Origin: an uncultured Acidobacteriota bacterium
GTDB lineage: Bacteria; Acidobacteriota; Thermoanaerobaculia; UBA5066; Gp7-AA6
DNA length: 64,000 bases
Direction: 5' to 3'
Assembly: GCA_963710945.1 (NCBI GenBank)
Contig: CAVQCH010000007.1
Coordinates: 97,183-161,182 of the forward strand
Made by a program: the position numbers and the translations under genes. Position 1 is the first letter of the stretch. Each line of letters begins with the position of its first letter. Positions 8,945 to 18,921 of this stretch are shown piece by piece. Below the pieces are notes generated by a model. It did not search any database, had not been told where the DNA came from, and saw nothing but the letters and a program-made list of their open reading frames with translations.

Positions 8945-9151
8945 ATGTCCGGAACCTACAAGAAGATCGAGATCATCGGAACGTCCGCAGTGAGCATCGC
9001 CGAAGCGATCAAGGCCGCCGTGAAGGAGGCCGGCAAGACCGTCCGCCACATGAACTGGTTCGAAGTCGTCGAGACGCGCGGGAAGATCACCGACGGCAAT
9101 GTCGCGGAGTTCCAGGTAACCATTCGTATCGGATTCAAGCTCGAGAGCTGA
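8945..9151 (+). CDS. dodecin family flavin-binding protein
   Basis: 68 aa; pattern YKKIEIIGTS...SIAEAIKAAVKEAGKTVRHMNWFEVVETRG...FQVTIRIGFKLE is typical of dodecins. GGAGG lies 6 nt upstream of the ATG. Confidence 0.75.
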   Translation: MSGTYKKIEIIGTSAVSIAEAIKAAVKEAGKTVRHMNWFEVVETRGKITDGNVAEFQVTIRIGFKLES

Positions 9152-9155
9152 GCGC

Positions 9156-11021
9156 CTACTTCGGTTTCTTCTTCTTCGCCTTCTTGGCCTTGGCGCGCTG
9201 AGCCTCGTCGGCGAAGGGATCCGGGTCCGCGGCCGCCTTCTTGCTCCAGGGCATCGCCGCGGCGGCGGCGGTCGCCCCCGCCGTCGGAAAGAACATCAGC
9301 CTGCGGTTGTTCTTGTAGGTCCCGGGCTTGAAGTTGGGCGCGATCCAGTCGCCCGAGGGATCGAGCTCGAGCGGGTTCTTCTTGTCGCCCTTGCTCGCGA
9401 ACTTGTTCAGGACGTCGCGGGTGTAGAAGTGCCGGAAGATCCGGTCGAACTCCGTCAGGTAGATGTCGGCAACCCGTTTGTCGCCCCGGATGAGCAGCAT
9501 GTTTTCGTCGTTGCTCACGAGCGAGTTCGTGGAGAAGTTGGCCGACCCGGAGCAGACGAGCGGATCGTCCGTGAGCGGGTCGATCAGGAGTACCTTGGCG
9601 TGCATGAAGAAGACGTGGCCCTTGTTCGTGGCGCGGGCCAGTTCTTCGGCGAGAAACCACTTGTCGAGGTTGGACTTCGGGATCGGCGCGACCTTGGCCC
9701 CTCCGGGCCCGCTCTTGTACTTGATCATGCTCTTGCCGAGAATCGCGCCGTTCGAGAACACGAGGCGCCCCTTGTTCTGGAACTCCGCGTCTTTGACTTC
9801 CTTCGTCGGGATGTCCTCCAGGATGACCACGCGCACGGAATCGAGCGTCTTTCCGAGCGCCTTGAGCAGTGTCGGCGCCACATTGAAGGGGATCGTCATC
9901 GCGGCCATGAACGCCGTGTCGTCGATTCGCTGGCCGTACCAGTCGAGCATGTTGTCGGCGATTCGCGGCGAGTAGAACTCGACGATCGACGACTTCGCGA
10001 TCGCGTTGGGCGGGTTGGGCGTGAGCGCGACCGCGTTCGTGACCGCCTTCGAGTGCACCGGGTCGAGGCTCAGCTCCTTCCAGTAGTCGAGGTACTTCTT
10101 CGCGACTCCGTCGTCGGTGACGAGATGCCCCACGTTGGTCTGCCCGAAGAGGCCCGTGTCGGTGAAGTTGGTCGAGCCGGTCCAGACGGCCTTCGCCTTC
10201 CCGCCGACGAGCTTGACGATGAACTTGTTGTGCGGGATCGGCGTGCGCGTCCGCTGGAAGAGGATCTGTTTGCCCCCGTGGGTCTTGGTGAGACCGGCCT
10301 TGCCGATGGCCTTCAGGTTCGCGTCGTTCGGCTTCTTGGTGAAGTGGTAGACGATCTGGACGTCGACGCCGCGGTCGAGCGCGCGCTTCAGCGCGTCGAG
10401 GACGGGCCCATACGTGAACTCGTACGCGCAGACACGAAGCCCCTGGCCGCTCTTCGCTCCGTTGATGTAGTCCATCAGGGCCTCTTCGAGGCCGCGGGAG
10501 AGGTACCGGAGCTCGGCGTCGACGACCTTGCCCTCGGCGTCGACCTGGTTGACGGCCGCCGCGACGACCTTCTTGTTCTTGAAGTCCCGGGCGAGCTCCT
10601 GGCTTGCGATCGCGCCGCGGTTGAACCAGATGCCGTGCCCTCCCTCGTTTTCCTTGTGCGTCTTGATCGTGAACTGCACCGAGTGCTTTTCGTTCAGCGA
10701 GCCGACGGTCCCGTAGAGGGCCATGACCGTGATGGCGTACTCAGTGTCCGGGTCGGCGGAATAGTCGGACCAGAGGAAGCTCTGGAGCGGGTGGACGCGT
10801 GTGGAGTACTTGGCGCCTTTCACGGGATGGGGGACGAGGCTCGGGAAGTACTTGATGCCGGTCAGGAACTCCGGCGCGGCGCCCCCGACGACGCCGCGCT
10901 TGATCGCGAAGCCGTGGAGGCCGTTGAGCTCGGCCGGGTCGAGATCGAACGCCATCAACACGACGCGCGTTCCCGAGATGGCCTTGACGCTGAGGGGCCC
11001 CTGGGTCCTCGTCACCCGCAT
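9156..11021 (-). CDS. phospholipase D superfamily protein with two HKD motifs, N-terminal beta-sandwich-like region and Lys-rich C-terminal tail
   Basis: 621-aa ORF. HKD 1: PHNKFIV...WTGSTNFT. HKD 2: MHAKVLLID...CSGSANFS. C-terminus ...QRAKAKKAKKKKPK. GGGAGG lies 8 nt upstream of ATG 11021. Composition is visibly less GC-rich than the neighbours. Confidence 0.75.
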   Translation of the reverse strand: MRVTRTQGPLSVKAISGTRVVLMAFDLDPAELNGLHGFAIKRGVVGGAAPEFLTGIKYFPSLVPHPVKGAKYSTRVHPLQSFLWSDYSADPDTEYAITVMALYGTVGSLNEKHSVQFTIKTHKENEGGHGIWFNRGAIASQELARDFKNKKVVAAAVNQVDAEGKVVDAELRYLSRGLEEALMDYINGAKSGQGLRVCAYEFTYGPVLDALKRALDRGVDVQIVYHFTKKPNDANLKAIGKAGLTKTHGGKQILFQRTRTPIPHNKFIVKLVGGKAKAVWTGSTNFTDTGLFGQTNVGHLVTDDGVAKKYLDYWKELSLDPVHSKAVTNAVALTPNPPNAIAKSSIVEFYSPRIADNMLDWYGQRIDDTAFMAAMTIPFNVAPTLLKALGKTLDSVRVVILEDIPTKEVKDAEFQNKGRLVFSNGAILGKSMIKYKSGPGGAKVAPIPKSNLDKWFLAEELARATNKGHVFFMHAKVLLIDPLTDDPLVCSGSANFSTNSLVSNDENMLLIRGDKRVADIYLTEFDRIFRHFYTRDVLNKFASKGDKKNPLELDPSGDWIAPNFKPGTYKNNRRLMFFPTAGATAAAAAMPWSKKAAADPDPFADEAQRAKAKKAKKKKPK

Positions 11022-11193
11022 GATTCACCTCCCAGTCGGTAGGCGACTGCCGCGGCGGCGGGTTGGTCGGAGCCGCGGCGCTGCCGCCCCGTCCCTGGGC
11101 GAAGTCTCTCACCGCCGGGAGCCTTGGGACATGAAGAGGAGGAAAAATCGGCGGGGCTGTCGCTCTGACGCCCACGGCAGCGTCCTACCGCTT

Positions 11194-11266
11194 GTCATCC
11201 CGAGGAGCGGAGCGACGAGGGGCGCGGCTTATCAAGCACGGGATCCCTTGCTGCGCTCGGAGTGGA
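11194..11266. repeat. family A palindromic intergenic repeat (GTCATCCCGAGGAGCG.AGCGACGAGGG ... GGGATCCCT.GCTGCGCTCGG)
   Basis: Two inverted arms around a ~20-nt spacer. Same unit as at 16343, 18424, 22271, 25550, 32177 and 37443. Confidence 0.7.
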
Positions 11267-11475
11267 GCCCCCGAATGAGTCCGACCTGCGTCGGCTGCCA
11301 GCGGGCTGGCCTCTTAAGTCGGTCACGTGACCTCCATCGAAAATCAGACCACCAGACGCGTCCGGGCTCGCGAAGCAACCGGGCCGACGCGGTGTTTGAA
11401 ATTGATCCAATCGAATCTGGGCAATGGGAGCAAGCGCGACGGAGACTCGCAGGAAAGGAGCTAAGAGTAAGAGAG

Positions 11476-11874
11476 ATGAAGAGTCTTCGCCTTTCAGTAG
11501 TGGCTTGCGTGCTGTTGGTTGGATGCATCACGAGTACAGCTCCAAATTGGCCGCTGTGCACCACTTGCAATCTGGGCACTGTTGCCGCGCGGAGAGCTGG
11601 CAAGGTTTTAATCACGGAGGACAGAGCGTCGGTGTCGGGCTGCAGGCTCATGGGGAGGGTGGGTGGTTACGCAGATCTGGACAAGAAGAACCGAGCTTAT
11701 GCGCTGGCAGTAAAGGAGCACGCCTACGACCAGGGCACGGAGCCTGTGATTCGAGTTCTGTTTGTCCACGACGGAGAGGACGAGGCGTACGCTTGCCCCT
11801 CCACAACGTCTGCGTACGGGAAAGGCGACGGATTCGCCGCGACAACGACCGTGAGCCAGATTCCAGTGCACTGA
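11476..11874 (+). CDS. hypothetical Cys-rich lipoprotein
   Basis: ATG 11476 lies inside track ORF 10801..11874 and is preceded by GGAG. MKSLRLSVVACVLLVG-C lipobox. 132 aa, no recognised domain, lower GC than the flanks. Confidence 0.45.
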   Translation: MKSLRLSVVACVLLVGCITSTAPNWPLCTTCNLGTVAARRAGKVLITEDRASVSGCRLMGRVGGYADLDKKNRAYALAVKEHAYDQGTEPVIRVLFVHDGEDEAYACPSTTSAYGKGDGFAATTTVSQIPVH

Positions 11875-11946
11875 TCTGCCTCCGCTGCGGCTCTGGGCAG
11901 GTGTGTGGTAAAGGAACCGACTGATGAGGGGCCGGCATCAGTCAGA

Positions 11947-13635
11947 ATGGGCCCCATGCCGACCACGCCGCCGTCCCCGCCGCCCGCTTTCGCCTCGCTC
12001 TCGCTGGACCCGCGCCTGCTCGCCGCCCTGACGACCCTCGGATACGAGGAGCCGACGCCCATCCAACAGCAATCGATCCCGCCGCTCCTCGAGGGCCGCG
12101 ACGTGCTCGCCCAGGCGGCGACGGGGACGGGGAAGACGGCTGCGTTTGCGCTGCCGATCCTTCATGCCATCGCCGCGGAGGCTAAGAAGGGCGCGGAGCC
12201 GGTCGCGCTGATCCTCGTTCCGACGCGCGAGCTCGCGATGCAGCTGGCGGAGGCGGTGCATCGGTACGGGAAGACGATCGGGGTTCGGGTGCTGCCGGTG
12301 TACGGGGGCGCTTCGATGGACTCGCAGCTGCGGGCGTTGAAGCGCGGGGTGGACGTCGTCGTCGCGACGCCGGGGCGGGCGCTCGACCATGTGAACCGCA
12401 AGACGCTGAAGCTCGAGGCGCTGCGTACGCTGGTGCTCGACGAAGCGGACGAGATGCTGGACATGGGGTTCGCGGAGGATCTCGAGGCGATCCTGGCGGC
12501 GACGCCGAAGGAGCGGCAGACGGCTCTCTTCTCGGCGACGCTGCCGCCGCGGATCGTGACGATCGCGGCGAAGCACCTTCGGAATCCGGTGCGCATCGCG
12601 ATCGCGCGGGAGACGACGGCGGCGGGGAAGATGCCGAAGGTGCGGCAGACGGCCTATGTCGTGGCGCGCGGGCACAAGCGCGCGGCTCTGGGGCGGGTGC
12701 TGGACCTGGAGTCGCCGACGGCGGCGCTGGTGTTCTGCCGGACGCGGCTCGAGGTGGACGATCTGACGGATAGCCTGAAGGGGCGGGGGCTGCGCGTCGA
12801 GGCGCTCCACGGCGGGATCTCACAGGCGGAGCGGGATCGCGTGATGAAGAAACTGCGCGCGGGAACGCTCGAGCTCGTGGTCGCGACGGACGTGGCGGCG
12901 CGGGGACTCGACATCGGGCACCTGTCGCACGTCGTCAACTACGACGTACCGTCGTCGCCGGACGTCTACGTCCACCGGATCGGCCGCACGGGGCGGGCGG
13001 GGCGGGAAGGCGTCGCGATCACGCTGGCCGAGCCGCGCGAGCACTGGCAGCTGAAGAACATCGAGCGCGCGACGAAGCAGAAGATCGAGGTCGGGAGCGT
13101 TCCGACGGTGGCGGACCTGCGGGCGAAGCGGCTGGAACTGACGCGCGCGTCGCTGCGGGAGTCGCTGCTCGCGGGTGGGCTCGATGCCTATCGCGTGGTC
13201 GTGGAGTCGCTGGCGGAGGAGTTCGATCCGCTGGATGTGGCCGCGGCGGCGGTGAAGATGGCGGACCCGTCGGCGGATGGATCGGGGTCGGAGGGGGAGG
13301 AGCACGAGATACCGGCGGTTGCGTTGCCGCCAGGTCCGCGCGGCGGCGGGAAGGGCGGGAAGGAGCGCGGGCCGAAGGGGCGGTCGCGGGACGGGAGCCT
13401 GGCGAGCATCTTCATCGCTTCGGGGCGGGCGGATGGGTTGAAGCCGGGGGATCTCGTGGGGGCGATCGTCAAGGTGGCGAAGGTCCATCCGCGCGAGGTC
13501 GGGGGGATTCAGATTGCGGAGAGGTTCTCGCTCGTCGAGGTGCCGGAGGCGATCGCGGAGGACGTGATCGCGGCGCTGCGGGAGTCAGGGGTGAGGCGGA
13601 AGAAGGTGACGGTCAGGAGGGATAAGGAGAGGTAG
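11947..13635 (+). CDS. deaD: DEAD-box ATP-dependent RNA helicase with DbpA-type C-terminal RNA-binding domain
   Basis: Motifs AQAATGTGKTAAF, PTRELA, VLDEADEML, SAT and HRIGRTGRAG, plus the C-terminal GDLVGAI...FSLVEV block. ATG 11947 is preferred over GTG 11905 of the track ORF. Confidence 0.85.
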   Translation: MGPMPTTPPSPPPAFASLSLDPRLLAALTTLGYEEPTPIQQQSIPPLLEGRDVLAQAATGTGKTAAFALPILHAIAAEAKKGAEPVALILVPTRELAMQLAEAVHRYGKTIGVRVLPVYGGASMDSQLRALKRGVDVVVATPGRALDHVNRKTLKLEALRTLVLDEADEMLDMGFAEDLEAILAATPKERQTALFSATLPPRIVTIAAKHLRNPVRIAIARETTAAGKMPKVRQTAYVVARGHKRAALGRVLDLESPTAALVFCRTRLEVDDLTDSLKGRGLRVEALHGGISQAERDRVMKKLRAGTLELVVATDVAARGLDIGHLSHVVNYDVPSSPDVYVHRIGRTGRAGREGVAITLAEPREHWQLKNIERATKQKIEVGSVPTVADLRAKRLELTRASLRESLLAGGLDAYRVVVESLAEEFDPLDVAAAAVKMADPSADGSGSEGEEHEIPAVALPPGPRGGGKGGKERGPKGRSRDGSLASIFIASGRADGLKPGDLVGAIVKVAKVHPREVGGIQIAERFSLVEVPEAIAEDVIAALRESGVRRKKVTVRRDKER

Positions 13636-13650
13636 GGGGGGCGCCATCTG

Positions 13651-13700
13651 AGCGCGGCTGGTCGATTACGGGATCCCTCGCTGCGCTCGGGATGACAGGC
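13651..13700. repeat. family A repeat, single arm
   Basis: ...cgggatccctcgctgcgctcgggatgacagg, immediately after the deaD stop. Confidence 0.6.
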
Positions 13701-13726
13701 GGAAGGCGCTCGGGCCGTCTAAGTCC

Positions 13727-16284
13727 TCACCGCAGTCCCTCCGCGACGTAGAGGTCGCCCACCTGGTGGCTGTAGCCGAAGACGATCGTCTTGCCGTCCG
13801 CGGAGATCGAGGCGCCGCCGAGGCGGCTGATGCCGGTGGGATCGGCCGGGAGGAACTCCTTCCAGAGCTCGCGCTGGCCGCTCGCCAGGTCGACGCGGAA
13901 GATCCGCGCGGGAAGAACTCGCTGGCTGCTGACGAAGATGGAGCGGTCGTCGGCGGTCCATCCCATCGCCCTCTCGCCCGCCTCGATGCCGCGAACCGGG
14001 GCCGAGGGGCCGCCGCCGAGGGGAGCCACGGCCAATCCCTGTCCCTCCGTTCGGGTCACGAGCGATTTGCCGTCCGGCGAGAGGAGTTCGCCGACCACTC
14101 CCTCGGGGGAGACCGGACGCGCGGGGCCTCCCTCGAGGTCCTGAACGAAGACGCGCGGGAGCTTTCCGGGTTCACGGGCGTTGTACGCGATGGACTTCCC
14201 GTCGGGGAGAAACGCCGCGAAGCTGATTTCGCGGTTGATCGGGTCCTTCGGAAAAGTCTTCGGCTGCCCGGCCCCGGTCGGCAGGAGCACCAGGGTCGTC
14301 GGCGACGTCCGGATCTGGACGGCCAGAACCCATTTCCCGTCGGGAGAGATGGCGAGTCCCGCACCCTCTCCGAGCCGCACCGCCGCCGATCCGTCGAGCT
14401 TGCCCAGGTAGACGGAGTAGCCCGGCCCGCCAGCCTCTCCCTGCTCGGTGAAGAAAATGGACTTCGCGTCTGCGGAGAGGCGCGGCCCCCACGACCACTC
14501 GAACCCCGAGAGGTCCCGCTCCTTCGCTTCTCCGGGAGAGACACCGTAGAAGCCGAGCCGCACGTTCATTTCGGCCAGAAGGGCACGTCCGTCGCGCGAG
14601 ACGTCCTGGAGCGTGAGCGCTCCGGGAGTCGAAAGCACGGACCGTTCGCGTCCGGCCGGCGTCACGGCATGGAGACCGCGGGCAGCGCCGGCGCGGCCGG
14701 CCGTAAACCAGATCTCCTTCCCGGAGGGCGACCAGGCGAGTCCCTGCGCGCTCTCCCAGTCCCGCGAGAGGGTCGTCTTCTTTCCCGCGAGGTCCACGAT
14801 CGCGACCGAGCCGCGGTCGTCGCCGAAAAGCGCGTGGTCGAGAAATGCGACGGCGTCTCCCTTCGGAGAGACGCGCGGGTAGCTGATCCAACCGGCCGTT
14901 TCGTAGAGAACCTTCCCGACGGGAAACTCCAGGCGGTACCGCCCCTGCGGGGCGTGCACGACGGCCAGGCTCGCGCCGTCGGGCGACCAGTCGGCCCAGC
15001 CGACGTCCTCGAGCAGTTCCCGTGACGCGGTGCCGGAGAGCGGCGCCTGGGCGAGATTGCCGGTGATCGCGTACCCGCCCAGGTATTTGAGCGGCTCGAG
15101 CACGAGCATCTCTCCCGAGCGGGAGATCCCCATCACCCATTTGTCGGGACGACTCACGGCAGCGACTCGGGACTTTCGAGATCGCGTGGTGTAGAGCTGT
15201 GGCGTCTGGCGCCGTCCCACGATCCGGAGTAGGTGACCGTGCTCCCGTCGTGCGCGAAGGTCGGCGCCGGATCGGCCCGCGGCGGAAGGTGAGCCGGCGA
15301 GGTCGGCTCCGATAGGGGCCGCGGTCTCCAGATCAGCCGGCCGACGAGCAGCGCGGTCGCAGGCCGGCGCGGATCGACGCCCGACGAGGCGGCGGGGACG
15401 GTCCTCGACGTCGGACCTTGACGGCTCGAGCCGGGGCGTCGAAAGGCCGGACAGCGCCTCGAGCGAACGCCACGTCGCGCGCGGTCTGGAAGCGCTGCCG
15501 GGTTCTTCTCGAGGCAGTGGCGGACGATGCGGTCGAGTGACGGCGGAGATGTTCGCTGCGCCGCGAGCTCCGGCGGGTCGTCCTTGAGGATCGCCGTCAT
15601 CGTCTCGGCGGCCGTGTCGCGCTGGAACGCGCGAGGCCCGCTGAGCATCTCGTAGAGCACGGCGCCGAACGCGAAGAGGTTCGGTGCGCGCGTCGCCGAC
15701 TTGTCCGCGGACCTGCTCCGGCGCCATGTACCCGACCGTGCCCATGACGGTGCCGGGATCGGTGCGCGGCGATCGCCGTCGGCAGGTCGCGGCCGACCGC
15801 GCTCGCCGGCGTGCGTCTGGCGAGACCAAAGTCGAGGATCTTCACCTGGCCATCGTCGAGCATGAAGATGTTCTCGGGCTTCAGGTCGCGATGGACCAGG
15901 CCCTTCTCGTGTGCGGCCGCCAGTCCGCGCGCGATCTGGACGGCGAATTCGATCGTCTTGCGCACCGGCACGGCGCCCTGCGTCAGCGCCGTCGCGCAGC
16001 GTCTCCCCGTCGAGCAGCTCCTGGACGACGTACGGGCTGGCCGTCGTGCGCCCCGTGTCGAAATGTGACGATGTTGGGGGTGAGGGCAGGCCACGGCCTT
16101 GGCTTCGCGCTCGAACCGGGCGCGCCGATCGACGTCATCGGAAAACGCGGCCGGGAGGACCTTGACGGCCACCTCGCGGTCGAGCCGCGTGTCGTTCGCG
16201 CGATAGACCTCGCCCATGCCGCCAACGCCGAGCAGGCGCGACGATCTCGTAGGGGCCGAGGCGGGAACCGGACGGGAGTGACAT
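13727..16284 (-). pseudogene. Ser/Thr protein kinase fused to TolB-like beta-propeller, multiply frameshifted
   Basis: Kinase motifs are spread over at least four minus-strand frames. MSLPSGSRLGPYEIVA starts at ATG 16284. GMGEVYRA...HRDLKPENIFMLDDGQVKILDFGLAR is in ORF 15597..16217. [10 protein letters not shown] is in ORF 13727..15829. MLYEMLSG...RHCLEKNPA is in ORF 15154..15660. The C-terminal propeller (SPDG repeats) is intact in ORF 13727..15829. Confidence 0.6.
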
Positions 16285-16342
16285 GAGGTCGGAGGATTCT
16301 ATCGGTAACGGGCGGGGACGTGAGGCGAAGGGCGCTCAACGG

Positions 16343-16437
16343 CTGTCATCCCGAGCAGCGCAGCGACGAGGGATCCCGGGCTTGATCGCCACCGCCGCGT
16401 ATTGAGTGTGGGATCCCTCGCTGCGCTATGACGGGCT
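16343..16437. repeat. family A palindromic repeat
   Basis: ctgtcatcccgagcagcgcagcgacgagggatcc ... gggatccctcgctgcgctatgacgg. Confidence 0.7.
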
Positions 16438-16444
16438 AGAGGCG

Positions 16445-16870
16445 CTACTCCTTCTTGTTCGTCCAGCTCTGCCTGCCGACCTTCCACTGGCCGTTCTCTT
16501 CCTGGACGTCGATGGACCCGTACATGACTTCCTGGTCCTGTTTGCCCGTGGCGCTCAAGACGGCCTTTTTACCGTCGACCTTGAGATTGGTGAACTTGAC
16601 GTCGGTCGCAGCCATCACCTTCAGGAGCTCCATGCCGTCCTTCGGGGTCTTGCCCAGCTCCTTGGTCTGCTTCTCGATCTCCTGAACGGCTTCGCTGGTC
16701 ATGCACTTGATGTAGGCCGCGTAGTCGCCATCTTCGATCGCTTTGAGCGAGGCGCGGTAGACCTTGGCCTGGGGCGTCGACTCGAGGTCCCTGGCGCCGG
16801 CCGCGACGACCACGGAAGAGACCGCGAGGAGCAGGGCCGGAACGAGCGTCGAGCGGGTCATCATCTTCAC
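16445..16870 (-). CDS. secreted hypothetical protein
   Basis: Track ORF. Signal peptide MKMMTRSTLVPALLLAVSSVVVAAGA. 141 aa, Lys/Glu-rich. No domain assigned. Confidence 0.5.
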   Translation of the reverse strand: MKMMTRSTLVPALLLAVSSVVVAAGARDLESTPQAKVYRASLKAIEDGDYAAYIKCMTSEAVQEIEKQTKELGKTPKDGMELLKVMAATDVKFTNLKVDGKKAVLSATGKQDQEVMYGSIDVQEENGQWKVGRQSWTNKKE

Positions 16871-16978
16871 GCGAAATCTCCTTTCAAATCGAGAGAGTCG
16901 CCAGAGAGTACCTCAGGGATAATCGGCCCGTGAATCCCGGTCGGGCCGAGCGGTTGGATTGCGGCGCTGCCCGCGATT

Positions 16979-18397
16979 GTGCTGACGGCGCTCGCGGCCG
17001 GCTGCTCGAGCGCGCCATCCAAACCAGCGGCATCCGCGCCGGCCGTCCAGTGCCGCGGCACGCTCGGCCTCGAGGTCGGGCCGCTCTCCCAGGCGGTCCG
17101 CAAGAAGCTCGGCCTCTCGACCGATGCGAAGGGCGCCGTCGTGATCTCGGTGTATCCGGGCGGGCCGGCGGCGAACGCCGGGATCCGTGCAGACGACGTC
17201 CTCGAGCGGATCGGCGGCGCCACGATCGCGTTCGACTGTGACGCCGACAGGGCGGTGTTCAATCGCGCCTGCGACCCGGTGACTGGTATGGTTCGCCGCG
17301 GCGGCGAGCAGATGGATGTCACCCTGGTGCCGGTCGATCAGATGCCGTTTCTCGAGAAGGCCTGCGAGGGCGGGAACCTCGACGCCTGCTTCCGCAAGGC
17401 ATGGCTCCCGTGGGACCGCAAGCACGAAAACGCCGGGACACTTGCGCTCTTCGAGTCCGCCTGCAAGGCGGGGTCCGGCGAGGCCTGCGCGTACGAGGGC
17501 CTGCAGCTGAGCGAGAACCCGGAGCGGGTTGGCGACTCGGTTCCCCTTCTTCAGCGGGCATGCGAGCTTCGGAGCGCAGGCGGCTGCGCGACGCTGGGCT
17601 TTCTGTACGCGACCGGAAAGGCCGTCGCCAGGGACGACAAGCGGGCGGCCGCTCTCTACCGGAAGAGCTGCGAGCTCGGCGACGCACAGGGCTGCTACAA
17701 CGCGGGGGTGATGTCGGACGACGGCCGGGGCGTAAAGGAGGATGCGGCGCGCGCGGCCGCGGACTATGACGAGGCCTGCGAGCTCGGCAGCTCGACCGGG
17801 TGCACGAACCTGGGGTTCCTGTACGAAAAAGGGCGCGGCGTCCGCCAGGATCGCGCGCGGGCGTTTGCCCTCTACGAGCGCGGCTGCGCGGGAACGAGCT
17901 GTCTGGCGTCGAACCTCGGTGGCTGCGTCAACGTCGGCCGCGCCTACCGCGACGGGATCGGAGTCGCCGTCAACGAGGAGAAGGCCGCACAGATCTTCCG
18001 CGAAGCCTGCGATCGCAAGGAGAACCAGGACGACATCCACGCCGCGGAGAACGGCGCCCGCGCCTGCTCGCTCCTCGGCGGCCTCTACATTGCCGGCGAC
18101 GGCATCCCGAAGGACCTCGAAAAGGGTAAGGAGCTCTCGGTGCTCGGCTGCGAGCGGGGCGATTCCTTCGGCTGTTTCAACGCGGCCGTCTGTTTCAGCT
18201 CCGGCGCGGACGCGGACCCCGCGCAGGCCGCCGCATACTTCGACCGCGCCTGCAAGCTCGGCGATGGCGAGAGCTGCCACGCGCTCGCCGCGGCGTACCG
18301 GAAGGGCAATGGCGTCCCGCGCGACGCGGCGCGAGCCAAGGCGCTCGAGAAGCAGGCCTGCGATCTCGGCTTCAAGCAGTCGTGCGGCAAGAAGTGA
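16979..18397 (+). CDS. PDZ domain + Sel1-like repeat (SLR) lipoprotein; N-terminal signal split across two frames
   Basis: PDZ block (GLEVGPLS...AVVISVYPGGPAANAGIRADDVL), then repeated C..G...C..LG.LY..G.GV..D units typical of Sel1 repeats. The lipobox LTALAAG-C lies 8 aa after GTG 16979. The charged N-terminus MNPGRAER is in frame 1 from GTG 16930, which suggests an indel near 16950. Confidence 0.75.
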   Translation: MLTALAAGCSSAPSKPAASAPAVQCRGTLGLEVGPLSQAVRKKLGLSTDAKGAVVISVYPGGPAANAGIRADDVLERIGGATIAFDCDADRAVFNRACDPVTGMVRRGGEQMDVTLVPVDQMPFLEKACEGGNLDACFRKAWLPWDRKHENAGTLALFESACKAGSGEACAYEGLQLSENPERVGDSVPLLQRACELRSAGGCATLGFLYATGKAVARDDKRAAALYRKSCELGDAQGCYNAGVMSDDGRGVKEDAARAAADYDEACELGSSTGCTNLGFLYEKGRGVRQDRARAFALYERGCAGTSCLASNLGGCVNVGRAYRDGIGVAVNEEKAAQIFREACDRKENQDDIHAAENGARACSLLGGLYIAGDGIPKDLEKGKELSVLGCERGDSFGCFNAAVCFSSGADADPAQAAAYFDRACKLGDGESCHALAAAYRKGNGVPRDAARAKALEKQACDLGFKQSCGKK

Positions 18398-18423
18398 CGG
18401 GCGAAGCGCGAAGCGCCATCGCC

Positions 18424-18546
18424 CGTCATCCCGAGGCGCGCAGCGCCGAGGGATCCCGAACTTGATTGCCACCCCCGCGTGTCGAGTACGGGATCCCTCG
18501 CTGCGCTCGGGATGACAGGCTAAAGAGCTCGGGGTGACAGGCTAAA
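18424..18546. repeat. family A palindromic repeat plus an extra half arm
   Basis: cgtcatcccgaggcgcgcagcgccgagggatcccgaacttgattgccac...gggatccctcgctgcgctcgggatgacaggctaaa, then ggtgacaggctaaa. Confidence 0.7.
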
Positions 18547-18562
18547 TCCGTTGAAAGGATCC

Positions 18563-18589
18563 AAAAAAAGAGGCCCCGATCGGGGCCTC
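18563..18589 (-). terminator. rho-independent terminator of the ABM-like gene
   Basis: Minus strand reads GAGGCCCCGATCGGGGCCTC followed by TTTTTTT. Confidence 0.7.
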
Positions 18590-18624
18590 AGTCGAACGAG
18601 CGATCCTGCCCGTTCCGTTAATCG

Positions 18625-18921
18625 TTAGGCGCGCGCGTACGAGGCAACGTTCTCGTAGGTCTCGATCGTCGGGGTTCCCTGGATGACGTTCGTGAGCTTG
18701 GCGAGAATCTGCGGATAGGTCGACGTCTGATACGCGTCGGCGCTCTTGCGATCATCCCAGAGGCTGATGGCCTGGGCACCCTTCGGGTTGACCAGCGTCA
18801 TCTCTTCGACAAAGCCGTTCTGCTTCCGAAGCATCGGAAGGACTTCTTTCTCGAACAGGCCGGTGAACTCCTGCTCTTTACCGCTCTTGATCTGGAAGTG
18901 GACGTTGCGTGCGAATCTCAT
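18625..18921 (-). CDS. small ABM/Dabb-type (antibiotic-biosynthesis-monooxygenase-like) protein, paralog 1
   Basis: 98 aa. Pattern ...GKEQEF...LPMLRKQNGF...ISLWDDRKSADAY... fits the ferredoxin-like ABM fold. About 78 of 98 residues are identical by eye to the 28562..28858 product. Confidence 0.6.
   Translation of the reverse strand: MRFARNVHFQIKSGKEQEFTGLFEKEVLPMLRKQNGFVEEMTLVNPKGAQAISLWDDRKSADAYQTSTYPQILAKLTNVIQGTPTIETYENVASYARA

Noticed and set aside
5389-8993. Long ORFs on the opposite strand or in alternative frames of the TolB/amidohydrolase gene (5389..6660 -, 6691..8631 -, 7377..8993 +, 5472..6941 + beyond the signal peptide)
   Set aside because: Their translations are Arg/Pro/Gly/Ala-rich low-complexity strings with no motifs. 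Such shadow frames stay open in very GC-rich coding DNA. The frame-1 product has clear propeller and amidohydrolase signatures.
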